From the IMG/VR virus record IMGVR_UViG_3300046507_000426: a stretch of 64,000 nucleotides of DNA; one strand, written 5' to 3'. The position numbers and the translations under genes are program-made. The notes under the pieces were generated by a model that had not been told where the DNA came from, searched no databases, and saw only the letters and a list, made by a program, of their open reading frames with translations. Below, piece after piece: positions 38,183-46,138 of this stretch (positions are counted from its first letter, which is position 1; every line of letters starts with the position of its first letter). This DNA is from a virus. Taxonomy: Duplodnaviria > Heunggongvirae > Uroviricota > Caudoviricetes.

Positions 38183-38728
38183 TCAATCTAGTTTAATGAG
38201 TCCTGCATGAACCTCACGGTGACAATTGGAACACAGTAAAGCACATTTATCTAATTCTGTAAATAAATCTTTGTCATTTAAAGTAGCGTCTCGTCCGTAT
38301 CTAGAAATAAGAAAGTCTTTTTCTTTAGGATCTAAATGATGAAATTCTAAAGCGCCTTCATATTTGTCGTATCCGCAACACTGGCATTTATTACCTTTAT
38401 AATCTAAGGCCTGTTTTTTAATACTATTTTTAGCTGCATAGTTTTGTTGCTTTACACACGCTTTGCAATAAGAGCCGGGTTTTTCTTTACCAGATATAAC
38501 AACTTTTCTAAATTCAAAAACAGATTTTTCTAATTTGCAAGAGCGGCAAATTTTAGTTTTTAATTGTTCATACGAAACGTATGAATCGTACTTTTGGGCA
38601 AGCTGGGTTTTAATACCCAGTTTTTTCATGTAGTACTTTACTTTATGAATTGAACAGCCAAGATGTTCACTCATTTCTTTGGCTGTCAATCCCATATCTA
38701 TCAAGGGTTGAAGTATGTCAGAGTTCAT
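38183..38728 (-). CDS. HNH homing endonuclease (HTH plus Zn-ribbon plus HNH)
   Basis: LEFHHLDPKEKDF...CALLCSNCHREVH; paralogue of 28076..28600. Confidence 0.7.
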   Translation of the reverse strand: MNSDILQPLIDMGLTAKEMSEHLGCSIHKVKYYMKKLGIKTQLAQKYDSYVSYEQLKTKICRSCKLEKSVFEFRKVVISGKEKPGSYCKACVKQQNYAAKNSIKKQALDYKGNKCQCCGYDKYEGALEFHHLDPKEKDFLISRYGRDATLNDKDLFTELDKCALLCSNCHREVHAGLIKLD

Positions 38729-38774
38729 ATTTCTATTTTACTCTAAACATACATCTAAAGAAAAGTTGTAAAGA

Positions 38775-39002
38775 TTAATTTATCAACGCCTCACCATCCT
38801 TGATCGTCAACGTACCTTTAACAACGAGACACGCCTTGGTACTAGAGTGGTCGGGCCTCTCCTTGGTCGAGAAGCCAATGCCACTTCCGATTGTAATATG
38901 ATTAACATTGTATGTCTGACCTTTAGATTGGCAGACCCACGGCGGTATTGAGGTATCAGTGTTATGCGCCTTATTGTAGAAGATAAGAATCCTATCGTTC
39001 AT
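38775..39002 (-). CDS. Hypothetical protein (75 aa)
   Basis: ORF. Confidence 0.35.
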   Translation of the reverse strand: MNDRILIFYNKAHNTDTSIPPWVCQSKGQTYNVNHITIGSGIGFSTKERPDHSSTKACLVVKGTLTIKDGEALIN

Positions 39003-39326
39003 TTAGGGTCTCCACAAAGGCAAATTACTAAAGAGCTTACGATCTTCCTGATTAATAGACACGGTCGTGATCGACGTCCAACCCATGTCATCGTCAGGCT
39101 CGTGGAACGTGCTGTGAACGATGCCTGCAGCCTTAAGTTTTTTGTGAAGCTCAAGCAAGGCTTCTTCGTTTGGCACCTGCAAGAGGACCAGCGAAGGGAT
39201 TTCACAATCTAATGCCGCACCGTTTTTCGGATCGGCTTGGCCAGCGTGAAATGCGGAATGCGCAGTCTGAACGATCTGATCTGCGAGGGGAATATCTTTG
39301 CGAATGATTGAATAAATGTAAGACAT
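39003..39326 (-). CDS. Putative PTH2-family peptidyl-tRNA hydrolase (divergent)
   Basis: 107 aa; IIRKDIPLADQIVQTAHSAFHAG resembles the PTH2 vvRtDL...aAQ.aHAa block. Confidence 0.4.
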   Translation of the reverse strand: MSYIYSIIRKDIPLADQIVQTAHSAFHAGQADPKNGAALDCEIPSLVLLQVPNEEALLELHKKLKAAGIVHSTFHEPDDDMGWTSITTVSINQEDRKLFSNLPLWRP

Positions 39327-39440
39327 GATTAATTTCCTTAAGTAAAAGTGTAGGTACTACGGTGCTTTTAGGTAAGGTTGTCTTACGGAGGCTTCGTAAC
39401 CTAGAGCTTATCGAGCTTCATGGTAATTCCTTTAAATGTT

Positions 39441-39516
39441 TGGTAGGAACATCGGGGCTCGAACCCGAGACCTTCAGATTTAGAATCCGCTGCTCTGCCA
39501 ACTGAGCTATATTCCC
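39441..39516 (-). tRNA. tRNA with anticodon CTA (putative amber suppressor)
   Basis: Acceptor GGGAATA/TGTTCCT, D-arm GCTC-AGTTGGCA-GAGC, A26, anticodon arm GCGGA-TTCTAAA-TCTGA (U33, anticodon C34-U35-A36, A37), T-arm TCGGG-TTCGAGC-CCCGA, A73-CCA. Confidence 0.5.
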
Positions 39517-39792
39517 AATACTGCTAGTTTAATAAAACACAGTTAGCGTGTCAAGATCCAGATAAACGCTACGAACGCAAATGCGCATCCTACTGTTGCG
39601 AAAGCTTCAGGCCAGCTCATCGATCGTATGCTCCAAAACCAGTTGGGTGCTTCGCCTTTTCACAAGTAACAGTAGCTTCACCTCTGTCCCCGAATTGTAT
39701 TTCTTTAACAGAGAGGCTCATTCCTTGTGTATTCACGTAATTCTTAATAGCCTGTTTTACTTCTTCTGTTGTAAGTTGAACTTTGACTTCCA

Positions 39793-40410
39793 TTACTCAA
39801 CTCCGTCATGAAGGGGGTCAATCTGATCTACTGCCTGTTTATATGAAGCACGATCGGCATATCTCCAAACTGGATGCAGGGCTTCAGTGCCTCGGGGAAC
39901 CAGTTCATATACATCGTACCCAACTGGATTAACCGAGCCCCGTGCAAGGGCTATAGCCACGTCCAAAGAGGTAACCGGTAGGTGTGGTTCTCGGACTGGA
40001 CCACCGTAGTATACTCGTGAGGTTTTAACCAGGACGTATTCTTTTGGAAATTGGATTTCCGGCTCGACAATTTTACGCTGAAATACAAGGGAGCCTACAA
40101 GCGCATGCACTGCGCCTTTGCCATCAAATTCATAGCCCCAAAATTCACCTCTGTTGTCGCCTTCAAGCGAAGCGAAACAGATCCTGCCTTCAACCTTGTT
40201 CTTCGTCAGTACTTCCAGTAACTTTTCGTCTGTTAAAAAGTCCATGTGTTCGGAGTGATCGGGGTTGAAGTAAAGCTTACCCTTGTAAGTTACTTCAAAT
40301 CCGTTGCTCCAGAATTCTCCCTTATAGCTTTGGGCCTTAACTAACTCTTCCGCAATCTTTGCAGAAACTTCGACAGTATTCTCAAGCAGGGCGATGCTCC
40401 AGCTCATGAT
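39793..40410 (-). CDS. Hypothetical protein
   Basis: ORF, start at internal ATG MSWSIAL. Confidence 0.4.
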   Translation of the reverse strand: MMSWSIALLENTVEVSAKIAEELVKAQSYKGEFWSNGFEVTYKGKLYFNPDHSEHMDFLTDEKLLEVLTKNKVEGRICFASLEGDNRGEFWGYEFDGKGAVHALVGSLVFQRKIVEPEIQFPKEYVLVKTSRVYYGGPVREPHLPVTSLDVAIALARGSVNPVGYDVYELVPRGTEALHPVWRYADRASYKQAVDQIDPLHDGVE

Positions 40411-40448
40411 TTCTCCAAATAAAAAGCCCAGCCTAAGCTGGGCGTTGT

Positions 40449-40850
40449 TCAGTCCCACGGCAAGAGATTCTTGCGGGGAATTTGTACTTCGTAATCAGGG
40501 TTCTTGCGGTACTTGTCGAGTTCCAACTTGGCATCCATACGGTACTGGACCTGGGTGTGCCCTCGGACAAATTTGCAAGTGTCCTTTCCGTAGAGACGAC
40601 GCCAGGCGTAGCCGTGATCCCCGAACCAGAAAGCCATTTGCTGACCGAAAGCTTTGTTAGTTCCGTAGCGGAACCACTGCCCGTTAACCTTTGCGTAACC
40701 CTTGTACCAACCGGGGATTTTTCCACGGTAGAAGTTCTTGGGATCGGTCAGACGTTCAGCGTCTTCTGCATCCGGGCCTTTGAGAGGCTCAGTCGCATCG
40801 ATAACGTATTTAGGAACGTAACCCTTTTGACGGCGATAAGTGCGTGACAT
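40449..40850 (-). CDS. Hypothetical protein (133 aa), Trp/Tyr-rich
   Basis: ORF. Confidence 0.4.
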   Translation of the reverse strand: MSRTYRRQKGYVPKYVIDATEPLKGPDAEDAERLTDPKNFYRGKIPGWYKGYAKVNGQWFRYGTNKAFGQQMAFWFGDHGYAWRRLYGKDTCKFVRGHTQVQYRMDAKLELDKYRKNPDYEVQIPRKNLLPWD

Positions 40851-40907
40851 AGTAGTTTCCTCTATATGGTCTACTATGCCAATTGTGAAAGTATGCGTCG
40901 TTAAACA

Positions 40908-41123
40908 TTAAACCAATGCTCCGTAAAGAATTTCAGGAATATCCGCCAGCGGAGTATCGGCCTGAAACTTCTCAAGTTTGTAATCGTCGAATTGAACGTT
41001 GAGTTGATCTTCTACAGCCATTACGATTTCTACGACGTCAAGACTATCGATGAAACCACTATTGGCTTTGTATTCAGGATAAACACGATCCACAACAAGC
41101 TTGATTTGATATAGGGTTGTCAT
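40908..41123 (-). CDS. Acyl-carrier-protein-like small acidic protein
   Basis: DSLDVVEIVMAVEDQL resembles the ACP DSL phosphopantetheine-attachment motif; start trimmed to avoid tRNA-Pro. Confidence 0.35.
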   Translation of the reverse strand: MTTLYQIKLVVDRVYPEYKANSGFIDSLDVVEIVMAVEDQLNVQFDDYKLEKFQADTPLADIPEILYGALV

Positions 41124-41134
41124 AGTGAAAAGAG

Positions 41135-41212
41135 TGGTCCGAGTGGCAGGATTCAAACCTGCGATTTTCTGCTCCCAAAGCAGACGACTTAATCTGGCTA
41201 GCCTACACTCGG
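41135..41212 (-). tRNA. tRNA-Pro (TGG)
   Basis: Acceptor CCGAGTG/CACTCGG, anticodon arm TCTGC-TTTGGGA-GCAGA, T-loop TTTGAAT, CCA encoded. Confidence 0.7.
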
Positions 41213-41222
41213 GCTGTTGAGG

Positions 41223-41465
41223 TTACCCTTCAAACTCGTAAGTTTTAAGAGCTTCTAATTGTGAACGTTCCTGAAGAGTTAAACACTCGCTCTTAAACCA
41301 CTTGTGTCTACGAGGATTTCCACACCCGGAGCAGGAACACATCTGCGGATGTTGTACTACTGCACCGAGTTGCCTGGGTGTCAACGGTTCTTTACGCCAA
41401 CCGTATGCTTTGCGTGTTTCTTTTAACCTTTCGACGTGGTGTCTGCGTTCTGATCGATCAAACAT
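41223..41465 (-). CDS. Small basic Zn-binding protein (80 aa)
   Basis: CSCSGCGNPRRH motif. Confidence 0.4.
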   Translation of the reverse strand: MFDRSERRHHVERLKETRKAYGWRKEPLTPRQLGAVVQHPQMCSCSGCGNPRRHKWFKSECLTLQERSQLEALKTYEFEG

Positions 41466-41601
41466 TCTCTGTTCCTTCTTTCACATTCGTCTGTATGTAA
41501 AATCCAGCAACTACACTTGTACAACCTGTCTCCAACCATTTCTTTAAGCTGCGCTCTACACCAGGCTGCTTCTTCTTCTAGGTGGTTCATATTGCTTTGT
41601 T

Positions 41602-41679
41602 TGGTCCCTGCTCCTGGCGACGATCCAGGCACCTCTCGATTATCGGTCGAGTGCTCTACCAGACATGAGCTAAGCAGGG
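41602..41679 (-). tRNA. tRNA-Ile (GAT)
   Basis: Acceptor CCCTGCT/AGCAGGG, anticodon arm CTCGA-CCGATAA-TCGAG, T-arm CCTGG-ATCGTCG-CCAGG (unusual T-loop). Confidence 0.6.
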
Positions 41680-41684
41680 TATTA

Positions 41685-41906
41685 CTAAGATTTAGGCAAT
41701 TCTTCAATTGCTGCTGTAAACTTTTCAATAAACTGCGGATTGTGTTTGCTAACTTCTAGCAAAAGCATGTGTACACACTCTTTCCAACTCGCATTGTCTT
41801 TCTCTAACTTCTCGATAAGGTCAGCGGCTTCGTGAGCCATCGGCCAACCGTTCTCTTTTTTATAACTACGAAATACTCGGACAATTTCTTTACTATCTGT
41901 TGCCAT
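41685..41906 (-). CDS. Hypothetical protein (about 74 aa)
   Basis: ORF trimmed to internal ATG (MATDSKEIV) to avoid tRNA-Val. Confidence 0.35.
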   Translation of the reverse strand: MATDSKEIVRVFRSYKKENGWPMAHEAADLIEKLEKDNASWKECVHMLLLEVSKHNPQFIEKFTAAIEELPKS

Positions 41907-41923
41907 GATTACCTCGTTTTGTT

Positions 41924-41999
41924 TGGTAGGAACTGACGGGATCGAACCGCCGACATTCTGAATGTAAATCAGACGCTCTACCATCTGAGCTAAGTTCCC
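41924..41999 (-). tRNA. tRNA-Val (TAC)
   Basis: Acceptor GGGAACT, D-arm GCTC-AGATGGTA-GAGC, anticodon arm TCTGA-TTTACAT-TCAGA, T-loop TTCGATC. Confidence 0.7.
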
Positions 42000-42005
42000 G
42001 TTGTT

Positions 42006-42081
42006 GGTTGCGGAGGGGGGATTTGAACCCACCGACCTTCAGGTTATGAGCCTGCTGAGCTACCGGGCTGCTCTACTCCGC
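42006..42081 (-). tRNA. tRNA-Met (CAT)
   Basis: Acceptor GCGGAGT, anticodon loop CTCATAA, T-arm GTGGG-TTCAAAT-CCCCC. Confidence 0.65.
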
Positions 42082-42092
42082 TACTGTTAACC

Positions 42093-42168
42093 TGGTCCCC
42101 GAGAAAGGACTCGAACCTCTGACGCGCAAGTCTTCAGCCTGCCGCTCTACCAACTGAGCTACTCGGGG
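42093..42168 (-). tRNA. tRNA-Phe (GAA)
   Basis: Acceptor CCCCGAG/CTCGGGG, D-arm GCTC-AGTTGGTA-GAGC, anticodon arm GCAGG-CTGAAGA-CTTGC, T-loop TTCGAGT. Confidence 0.7.
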
Positions 42169-42175
42169 GAATTAC

Positions 42176-42250
42176 TGGTGCCCGCACCAAGAATCGAACT
42201 CGGAATCTTCGCATTACAAGTGCGCTGCAGTACCATTATGCTATACGGGC
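42176..42250 (-). tRNA. tRNA-Thr (TGT)
   Basis: Acceptor GCCCGTA/TGCGGGC, anticodon loop CTTGTAA, T-arm CCGAG-TTCGATT-CTTGG. Confidence 0.65.
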
Positions 42251-42255
42251 GTGTG

Positions 42256-42580
42256 GACAAAAGTTTAGCGACATTGTCCAGGTCGTAACGGCCATACCCC
42301 CCCGCAGATCTAATCCCTGAACGGAATGTCTGTTTAACTTCTGGCAGTGAGCTTTAACGCTCAGCGTCTAGAATTGGGATGCCGAGAATTTACGTCACTC
42401 GGGCCTGACGTTTCCCATGTACGAGGGAGCGATCCGTATGGGGTACTGCGCAACCTAACGGAGGAGGTTCTTTGTAGTAGCCCTGGTGCGCTAAACACTG
42501 GTCTCGGCTTTACGCTGTTCCAAGCGTGGCTACCTAATTCTGGCTGCTTTCTTTATCAGGTAGCAGCAGACCTGTAGTAA
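42256..42580 (-). ncRNA. About 325-nt structured non-coding region between tRNA-Thr and tRNA-Cys (unassigned RNA candidate)
   Basis: No credible ORF; multiple hairpins (GAGCGTTAAAGCTC, CGCTTGGAACAGCG, CCGAGaatttacgtcaCTCGG, G7 run); does not fold as tRNA. Confidence 0.3.
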
Positions 42581-42581
42581 C

Positions 42582-42655
42582 TGGAGTCGAGGAATGGATT
42601 TTAACCACTCTGGGGAAGGTTGCAGCTTCCAGCCTAGTCACTCGGCCACCCCGAC
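42582..42655 (-). tRNA. tRNA-Cys (GCA)
   Basis: Acceptor GTCGGGG/CCTCGAC, D-stem GCC/GGC, anticodon arm GGAAG-CTGCAAC-CTTCC, T-arm AGTGG-TTAAAAT-CCATT (non-canonical T-loop), CCA encoded. Confidence 0.55.
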
Positions 42656-42664
42656 ACTGAAACT

Positions 42665-42883
42665 TTAAGCCTTCTTAACTTCTGCTTCTACGGCTTGAAC
42701 AACCGGTGCAGCTGCTGTCTCAACCGCCTGGACAATCGGTGCTGCAGTGGTTTCTGTTGCCTTGATGTCTGCTTCGACAGTCGGAGCTACTGCAGCTTCT
42801 ACTACCTTTGCCTTACCGAAGAATTCTTCCACTTTTTCTACTGCGGCTTTAATTTCGGTTTCAATTGTTTGTACGATGCTCAT
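42665..42883 (-). CDS. Small Ala/Val/Glu-rich repeat protein (72 aa)
   Basis: Repeats AAPIVQAVETAAAPVVQAVEAE. Confidence 0.35.
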   Translation of the reverse strand: MSIVQTIETEIKAAVEKVEEFFGKAKVVEAAVAPTVEADIKATETTAAPIVQAVETAAAPVVQAVEAEVKKA

Positions 42884-42892
42884 TTTAAATCC

Positions 42893-43303
42893 TTAAAGTA
42901 GCGGTAACCCACCGGTCACCGTATCTATCTTATCTTCAAAATCCGGACCTACTGCGATGCAAGTATTAGTAGGTATTCCGTGAAATTCTGTAAGACCAGA
43001 ATCTGTAATCAATGAAGTTATGATACCAGCTTCTTTTGCCTTTGCATAGAGTGCGAGTAGTTCTTCTTCGGAATTTACATATACACACACTTTTTTGAAG
43101 TTGCCCAGGAGCCAGTCATGCATACGGTTGTCGACTTTCAGTCGAAACTCTGCAGTGACTTCTCCGTTGATCCGGTCGTTTTCTTTAATGTAATGACCTT
43201 GATTCAAAATCGCTGCTAGACTTGCATGGGCACCTTGTGCCACAGCTTTTCCGGTGCGCATTTTGAGGTCTTTTCTAATTACAATAATTTGCTTGTGACT
43301 CAT
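42893..43303 (-). CDS. PTH2-family peptidyl-tRNA hydrolase
   Basis: 136 aa; IVIRKDLKMRTGKAVAQGAHASLAA matches the PTH2 signature strongly. Confidence 0.7.
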   Translation of the reverse strand: MSHKQIIVIRKDLKMRTGKAVAQGAHASLAAILNQGHYIKENDRINGEVTAEFRLKVDNRMHDWLLGNFKKVCVYVNSEEELLALYAKAKEAGIITSLITDSGLTEFHGIPTNTCIAVGPDFEDKIDTVTGGLPLL

Positions 43304-43319
43304 CTTGAGTCCTTTAAAC

Positions 43320-43403
43320 GGTGAGGTTGGTAGAATTCGAATCTACTCACCCGAGGGAACGATTTTACAGACCGCTGCAACTCTCCAACTTTGCCGCAAC
43401 CCC
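43320..43403 (-). tRNA. tRNA-Tyr (GTA), type II
   Basis: Acceptor GGGGTTG/CAACCTC, D-arm GCAA-AGTTGGAGAG-TTGC, anticodon arm GCGGT-CTGTAAA-ATCGT, long variable arm TCCCTCGGGTGA, T-arm GTAGA-TTCGAAT-TCTAC. Confidence 0.65.
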
Positions 43404-43457
43404 ATTTGTTTACATAGAGGTTCAAATCAATTATAATACTATAAAAGGATTTGAACT

Positions 43458-43997
43458 ATGTCTAATAAAAATCTCAAAGAACAAATTATAACACTTAAAC
43501 AACGAGGACTATCTTATAAAGATATCCAAAAACAACTCAACTGTTCCAAGGGAACGATATCGTATCACTTGGGAGAAGGTCAGAAAGAAAAAACGTATAA
43601 CAGAACAATTGAACTTCGTAAGCAAAATACTCTTCTTCAAAAGAAAGATCATTTTCTAGGAGCTAGAACTAAGAAAAATTTCCAAGAAAGAACAAGAGCG
43701 TTTCAGTGCATCGACAATGGTTCTAAAACCTCTGATAAAATCCAATCTAATTTTACCTGGCAAGAACTTTTAGAAAAGTTTAATGGTACTTGTTACTTAA
43801 CAGGAAGACCTGTAGACATTACTAAATCTGCAGAATATCAATTAGATCATATCGTTCCTAGATCTAAAGGAGGCCCCGACACCTTAGACAATTGCGAATT
43901 TGCGTGTAAGGATGCAAATTTTGCAAAGAGTAACCTATCCCTGGATGAATTTAAACAACTCTGTCTAGACGTTGTAAATCACTTCGGCCTTAAATAA
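43458..43997 (+). CDS. HNH homing endonuclease (plus strand, inside tRNA cluster)
   Basis: 179 aa; DHIVPRSKGGPDTLDNCEFACKDANFAKSN HNH motif; N-terminal HTH. Confidence 0.7.
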   Translation: MSNKNLKEQIITLKQRGLSYKDIQKQLNCSKGTISYHLGEGQKEKTYNRTIELRKQNTLLQKKDHFLGARTKKNFQERTRAFQCIDNGSKTSDKIQSNFTWQELLEKFNGTCYLTGRPVDITKSAEYQLDHIVPRSKGGPDTLDNCEFACKDANFAKSNLSLDEFKQLCLDVVNHFGLK

Positions 43998-44087
43998 TGG
44001 CGGTAACTGTAGAATTCGAATCTACGGACCCCGTGAAGGGTCGGTCGGTTAGCAACCGACTTCCTTAAGCCACTCAGCCAAGTTACC
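43998..44087 (-). tRNA. tRNA-Ser (GCT), type II
   Basis: Acceptor GGTAACT/AGTTACC, anticodon arm GTCGG-TTGCTAA-CCGAC, long variable arm, T-arm GTAGA-TTCGAAT-TCTAC, CCA encoded. Confidence 0.7.
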
Positions 44088-44095
44088 TATGTCAA

Positions 44096-44170
44096 TGGAG
44101 TCGCATGCGGTACTCGAAACCGCGTTAACAGGATGAAAACCTGTGGTCCTAACCTCTAGACGAATGCGAC
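44096..44170 (-). tRNA. tRNA-Glu (TTC)
   Basis: Acceptor GTCGCAT/ATGCGAC, anticodon arm ACAGG-TTTTCAT-CCTGT, T-arm GCGGT-TTCGAGT-ACCGC. Confidence 0.7.
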
Positions 44171-44180
44171 AAAATATCAG

Positions 44181-44274
44181 TGCGGAAGATTACGGGGTCG
44201 AACCGTAAAGGCTATTTCTAGCTCGCTTGTTTTCAAGACAAGTTCCGTCGCCAGCTATCGGATTGATCTTCCGC
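44181..44274 (-). tRNA. Type II tRNA with anticodon TGA (Ser-type) and an apparent 9-bp acceptor stem
   Basis: GCGGAAGAT pairs perfectly with ATCTTCCGC; anticodon arm CTTGT-CTTGAAA-ACAAG; long variable arm; T-arm TACGG-TTCGACC-CCGTA; no encoded CCA. Confidence 0.5.
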
Positions 44275-44287
44275 AATGATATCTAAT

Positions 44288-44361
44288 TGGTAGGGCCATC
44301 AAGGCTCAAACCTGAAATAACGGAATCAAAATCCGTGGTGTTATCAATTACACTATAGCCC
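44288..44361 (-). tRNA. tRNA-Gln (TTG)
   Basis: Anticodon arm ACGGA-TTTTGAT-TCCGT; acceptor GGGCTAT/ATGGCCC; T-loop TTTGAGC. Confidence 0.6.
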
Positions 44362-44370
44362 AACTAAATT

Positions 44371-44455
44371 TGGTCCCTTCGGTCAGACTCGAACTGACAA
44401 GCCCTAAGGCGCTGCGTTCTAAGCGCAGTGCGTTTACCGATTTCACCACGAAGGG
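44371..44455 (-). tRNA. tRNA-Leu (TAG), type II
   Basis: Acceptor CCCTTCG/CGAAGGG, anticodon arm CTGCG-CTTAGAA-CGCAG, long variable arm, T-loop TTCGAGT, CCA encoded. Confidence 0.7.
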
Positions 44456-44456
44456 G

Positions 44457-44534
44457 TGGTGGAAGATACCGGGGTCCAACCGGTCACCTCTGCATTGCAA
44501 GTGCAGCGCTCTCGCTACCATGAGCTAATCCCCC
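44457..44534 (-). tRNA. tRNA-Ala (TGC)
   Basis: Anticodon arm CTGCA-CTTGCAA-TGCAG; acceptor GGGGGAT/ATCTTCC with two G-U pairs; T-arm ACCGG-TTGGACC-CCGGT. Confidence 0.6.
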
Positions 44535-44551
44535 GAATCCTATCGATGCTA

Positions 44552-44626
44552 TGCTCCGAAACCTGGACTTGAACCAGGGACCCACGCATTAACAGTGCGT
44601 TGCTCTACCAACTGAGCTATTCCGGA
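44552..44626 (-). tRNA. tRNA-Asn (GTT)
   Basis: Acceptor TCCGGAA/TTTCGGA, D-arm GCTC-AGTTGGTA-GAGC, anticodon arm ACGCA-CTGTTAA-TGCGT, T-arm CCTGG-TTCAAGT-CCAGG. Confidence 0.7.
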
Positions 44627-44688
44627 ACAAAGCACCGACAGGTAAAAATGATTTTAATACGGAAACACTATATGTGTCAACAATTTTA

Positions 44689-44949
44689 TCACATAGGCTT
44701 ACACGGCCTATGCAACGCTCCCATAATGACCTCCAGATCTTCAGGCCGGGCATCTAGGTTAAAGCCCTCGGAGCGGCCATACACATAGAGTTTCCCGTGT
44801 TCGTCAGCACCGAGATACCCTGCTCCAGTAACATGTCTACTTCCAAGCTCCCCGCCTACCATATCAGCTGCATCGCTATGGTAGATACTCGCGGGAAATA
44901 CTACAGCAGAGTGTTCATTGATGATAATGTATTTCATGGTATCTGGCAT
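44689..44949 (-). CDS. Hypothetical protein (86 aa)
   Basis: ORF. Confidence 0.35.
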   Translation of the reverse strand: MPDTMKYIIINEHSAVVFPASIYHSDAADMVGGELGSRHVTGAGYLGADEHGKLYVYGRSEGFNLDARPEDLEVIMGALHRPCKPM

Positions 44950-44961
44950 TTTAACCCCGAA

Positions 44962-45330
44962 TCATTTGAAAGTCACATAGGGTGGACTATACGAAGCGTA
45001 CTTCCCATTATGTGTAAGTCCATTTTTAGTGATCTTGTGATCGAACCTGTCTTTGAGCGTTTCACTATACCGTTCTCTAGCCTCTTTAAGAGTAGCCGGT
45101 TTGCGTCCACCAATACTAATTTTCCTGTCTGAACGATAGTGCCAAAGAGCGAGGATACCCCACTCTTTGACGTTCGTTCTTTTAGGAGCTTTAAATCTCT
45201 GCCCTACATTGACTGTAGCTTTTCTGCAATGCGGACAGAAATGAGTACCGGCAAAACAAACCCTACAATCGAAGCAAGCGTATTTTTGCCCGTTGGCGTA
45301 ACTTGATCTTCGTTTGTAGAGGAACATCAA
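44962..45330 (-). CDS. Zn-finger protein (122 aa)
   Basis: CFDCRVCFAGTHFCPHC motif. Confidence 0.4.
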   Translation of the reverse strand: MMFLYKRRSSYANGQKYACFDCRVCFAGTHFCPHCRKATVNVGQRFKAPKRTNVKEWGILALWHYRSDRKISIGGRKPATLKEARERYSETLKDRFDHKITKNGLTHNGKYASYSPPYVTFK

Positions 45331-45581
45331 TGCACCGTCTTGCCAAACGAAGTGTCAACCTCGAAGGTTTGACCTTCACCTTCGACCTTCTGGTTATCAA
45401 TGTTATTTAGAAGCTTCTCATAAGCCTCCGGATCTTCTGCTGCAAGTTGGTCCAGATCAACAGGTTCTGCTTCACTAAAGAAAGAGCCGTCAGCAATCGC
45501 AGCTTTAATCTCTGCAATAATCTCTTCTTTCTCTTCTTCCGTAATGCCGTCAAAGGCACCTTCTGCAATTACGACTTTCAT
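45327..45581 (-). CDS. Small acidic protein (84 aa)
   Basis: ORF. Confidence 0.35.
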   Translation of the reverse strand: MKVVIAEGAFDGITEEEKEEIIAEIKAAIADGSFFSEAEPVDLDQLAAEDPEAYEKLLNNIDNQKVEGEGQTFEVDTSFGKTVH

Positions 45582-45985
45582 ACTGCATCCTTGTTAAAAA
45601 GTACGTCGGTATTGAGGAGACTCAGTTTTGCAAAGTAAATCAGCTCATGATACCACTCATCTACTGGGGTATTATCGTGGATCATTTGAAGACTGTCCAA
45701 GAAAAACACTTCATCGTCGATTACATTTTCCTCAAACAATTCCTGTAGCCGTGCGTCACATGCAATTACACTGCTTGAGGTTTGTTCTTCGATTGACGGA
45801 TCGTACAACTCGTCAGGGATCAAACAGCCAACTGCGCACATAAGGCCGTTATTACCACGATACATGCACTTCGTCATCTGCTTACCCGTATGCGGATTTT
45901 CTCCGTCAGGGGCAACGCTTTTCTCATACTGCTTCAACAGATGCAACGAAACCTTGTTAAACACGTCTTGTTTGCTAAGTGCCAT
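45578..45985 (-). CDS. Hypothetical protein (135 aa)
   Basis: ORF. Confidence 0.4.
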   Translation of the reverse strand: MALSKQDVFNKVSLHLLKQYEKSVAPDGENPHTGKQMTKCMYRGNNGLMCAVGCLIPDELYDPSIEEQTSSSVIACDARLQELFEENVIDDEVFFLDSLQMIHDNTPVDEWYHELIYFAKLSLLNTDVLFNKDAV

Positions 45986-46011
45986 TTTGCAACCTAAAGA
46001 AGAAATGGAAA

Positions 46012-46096
46012 TGGTCCGACTGACCAGACTCGAACTGGTACGCCAAAAGGCGACGGATTTTAAGTCCGTTGCGGCTACCGATTACGCCACAGTCGG
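46012..46096 (-). tRNA. tRNA-Leu (TAA), type II
   Basis: Acceptor CCGACTG/CAGTCGG, anticodon arm ACGGA-CTTAAAA-TCCGT, long variable arm CGCCTTTTGGCG, T-loop TTCGAGT, CCA encoded. Confidence 0.7.
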
Positions 46097-46138
46097 GTAT
46101 GGGTTAAAGAGCAAGGAGAAATTTTTCTCCGTACTTCT

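Noticed and set aside
41500-41575. Possible extra tRNA between 41466 and 41600
   Set aside because: Only a 5' half resembling acceptor plus D-arm (GCCTGGTGTAGAGCGCAGC) is present; no T-arm or anticodon arm; likely a tRNA remnant or pseudogene
41423-42032. ORFs 41423..41728 and the 5' part of 41685..42032
   Set aside because: They overlap well-formed tRNA-Ile and tRNA-Val genes on the same strand; translation of tRNA sequence
42256-42580. tmRNA or RNase P RNA identity for the structured region
   Set aside because: Looked for the tmRNA tRNA-like 5'/3' ends and tag ORF, and for RNase P P4/P10-12 consensus strings; none recognisable by eye
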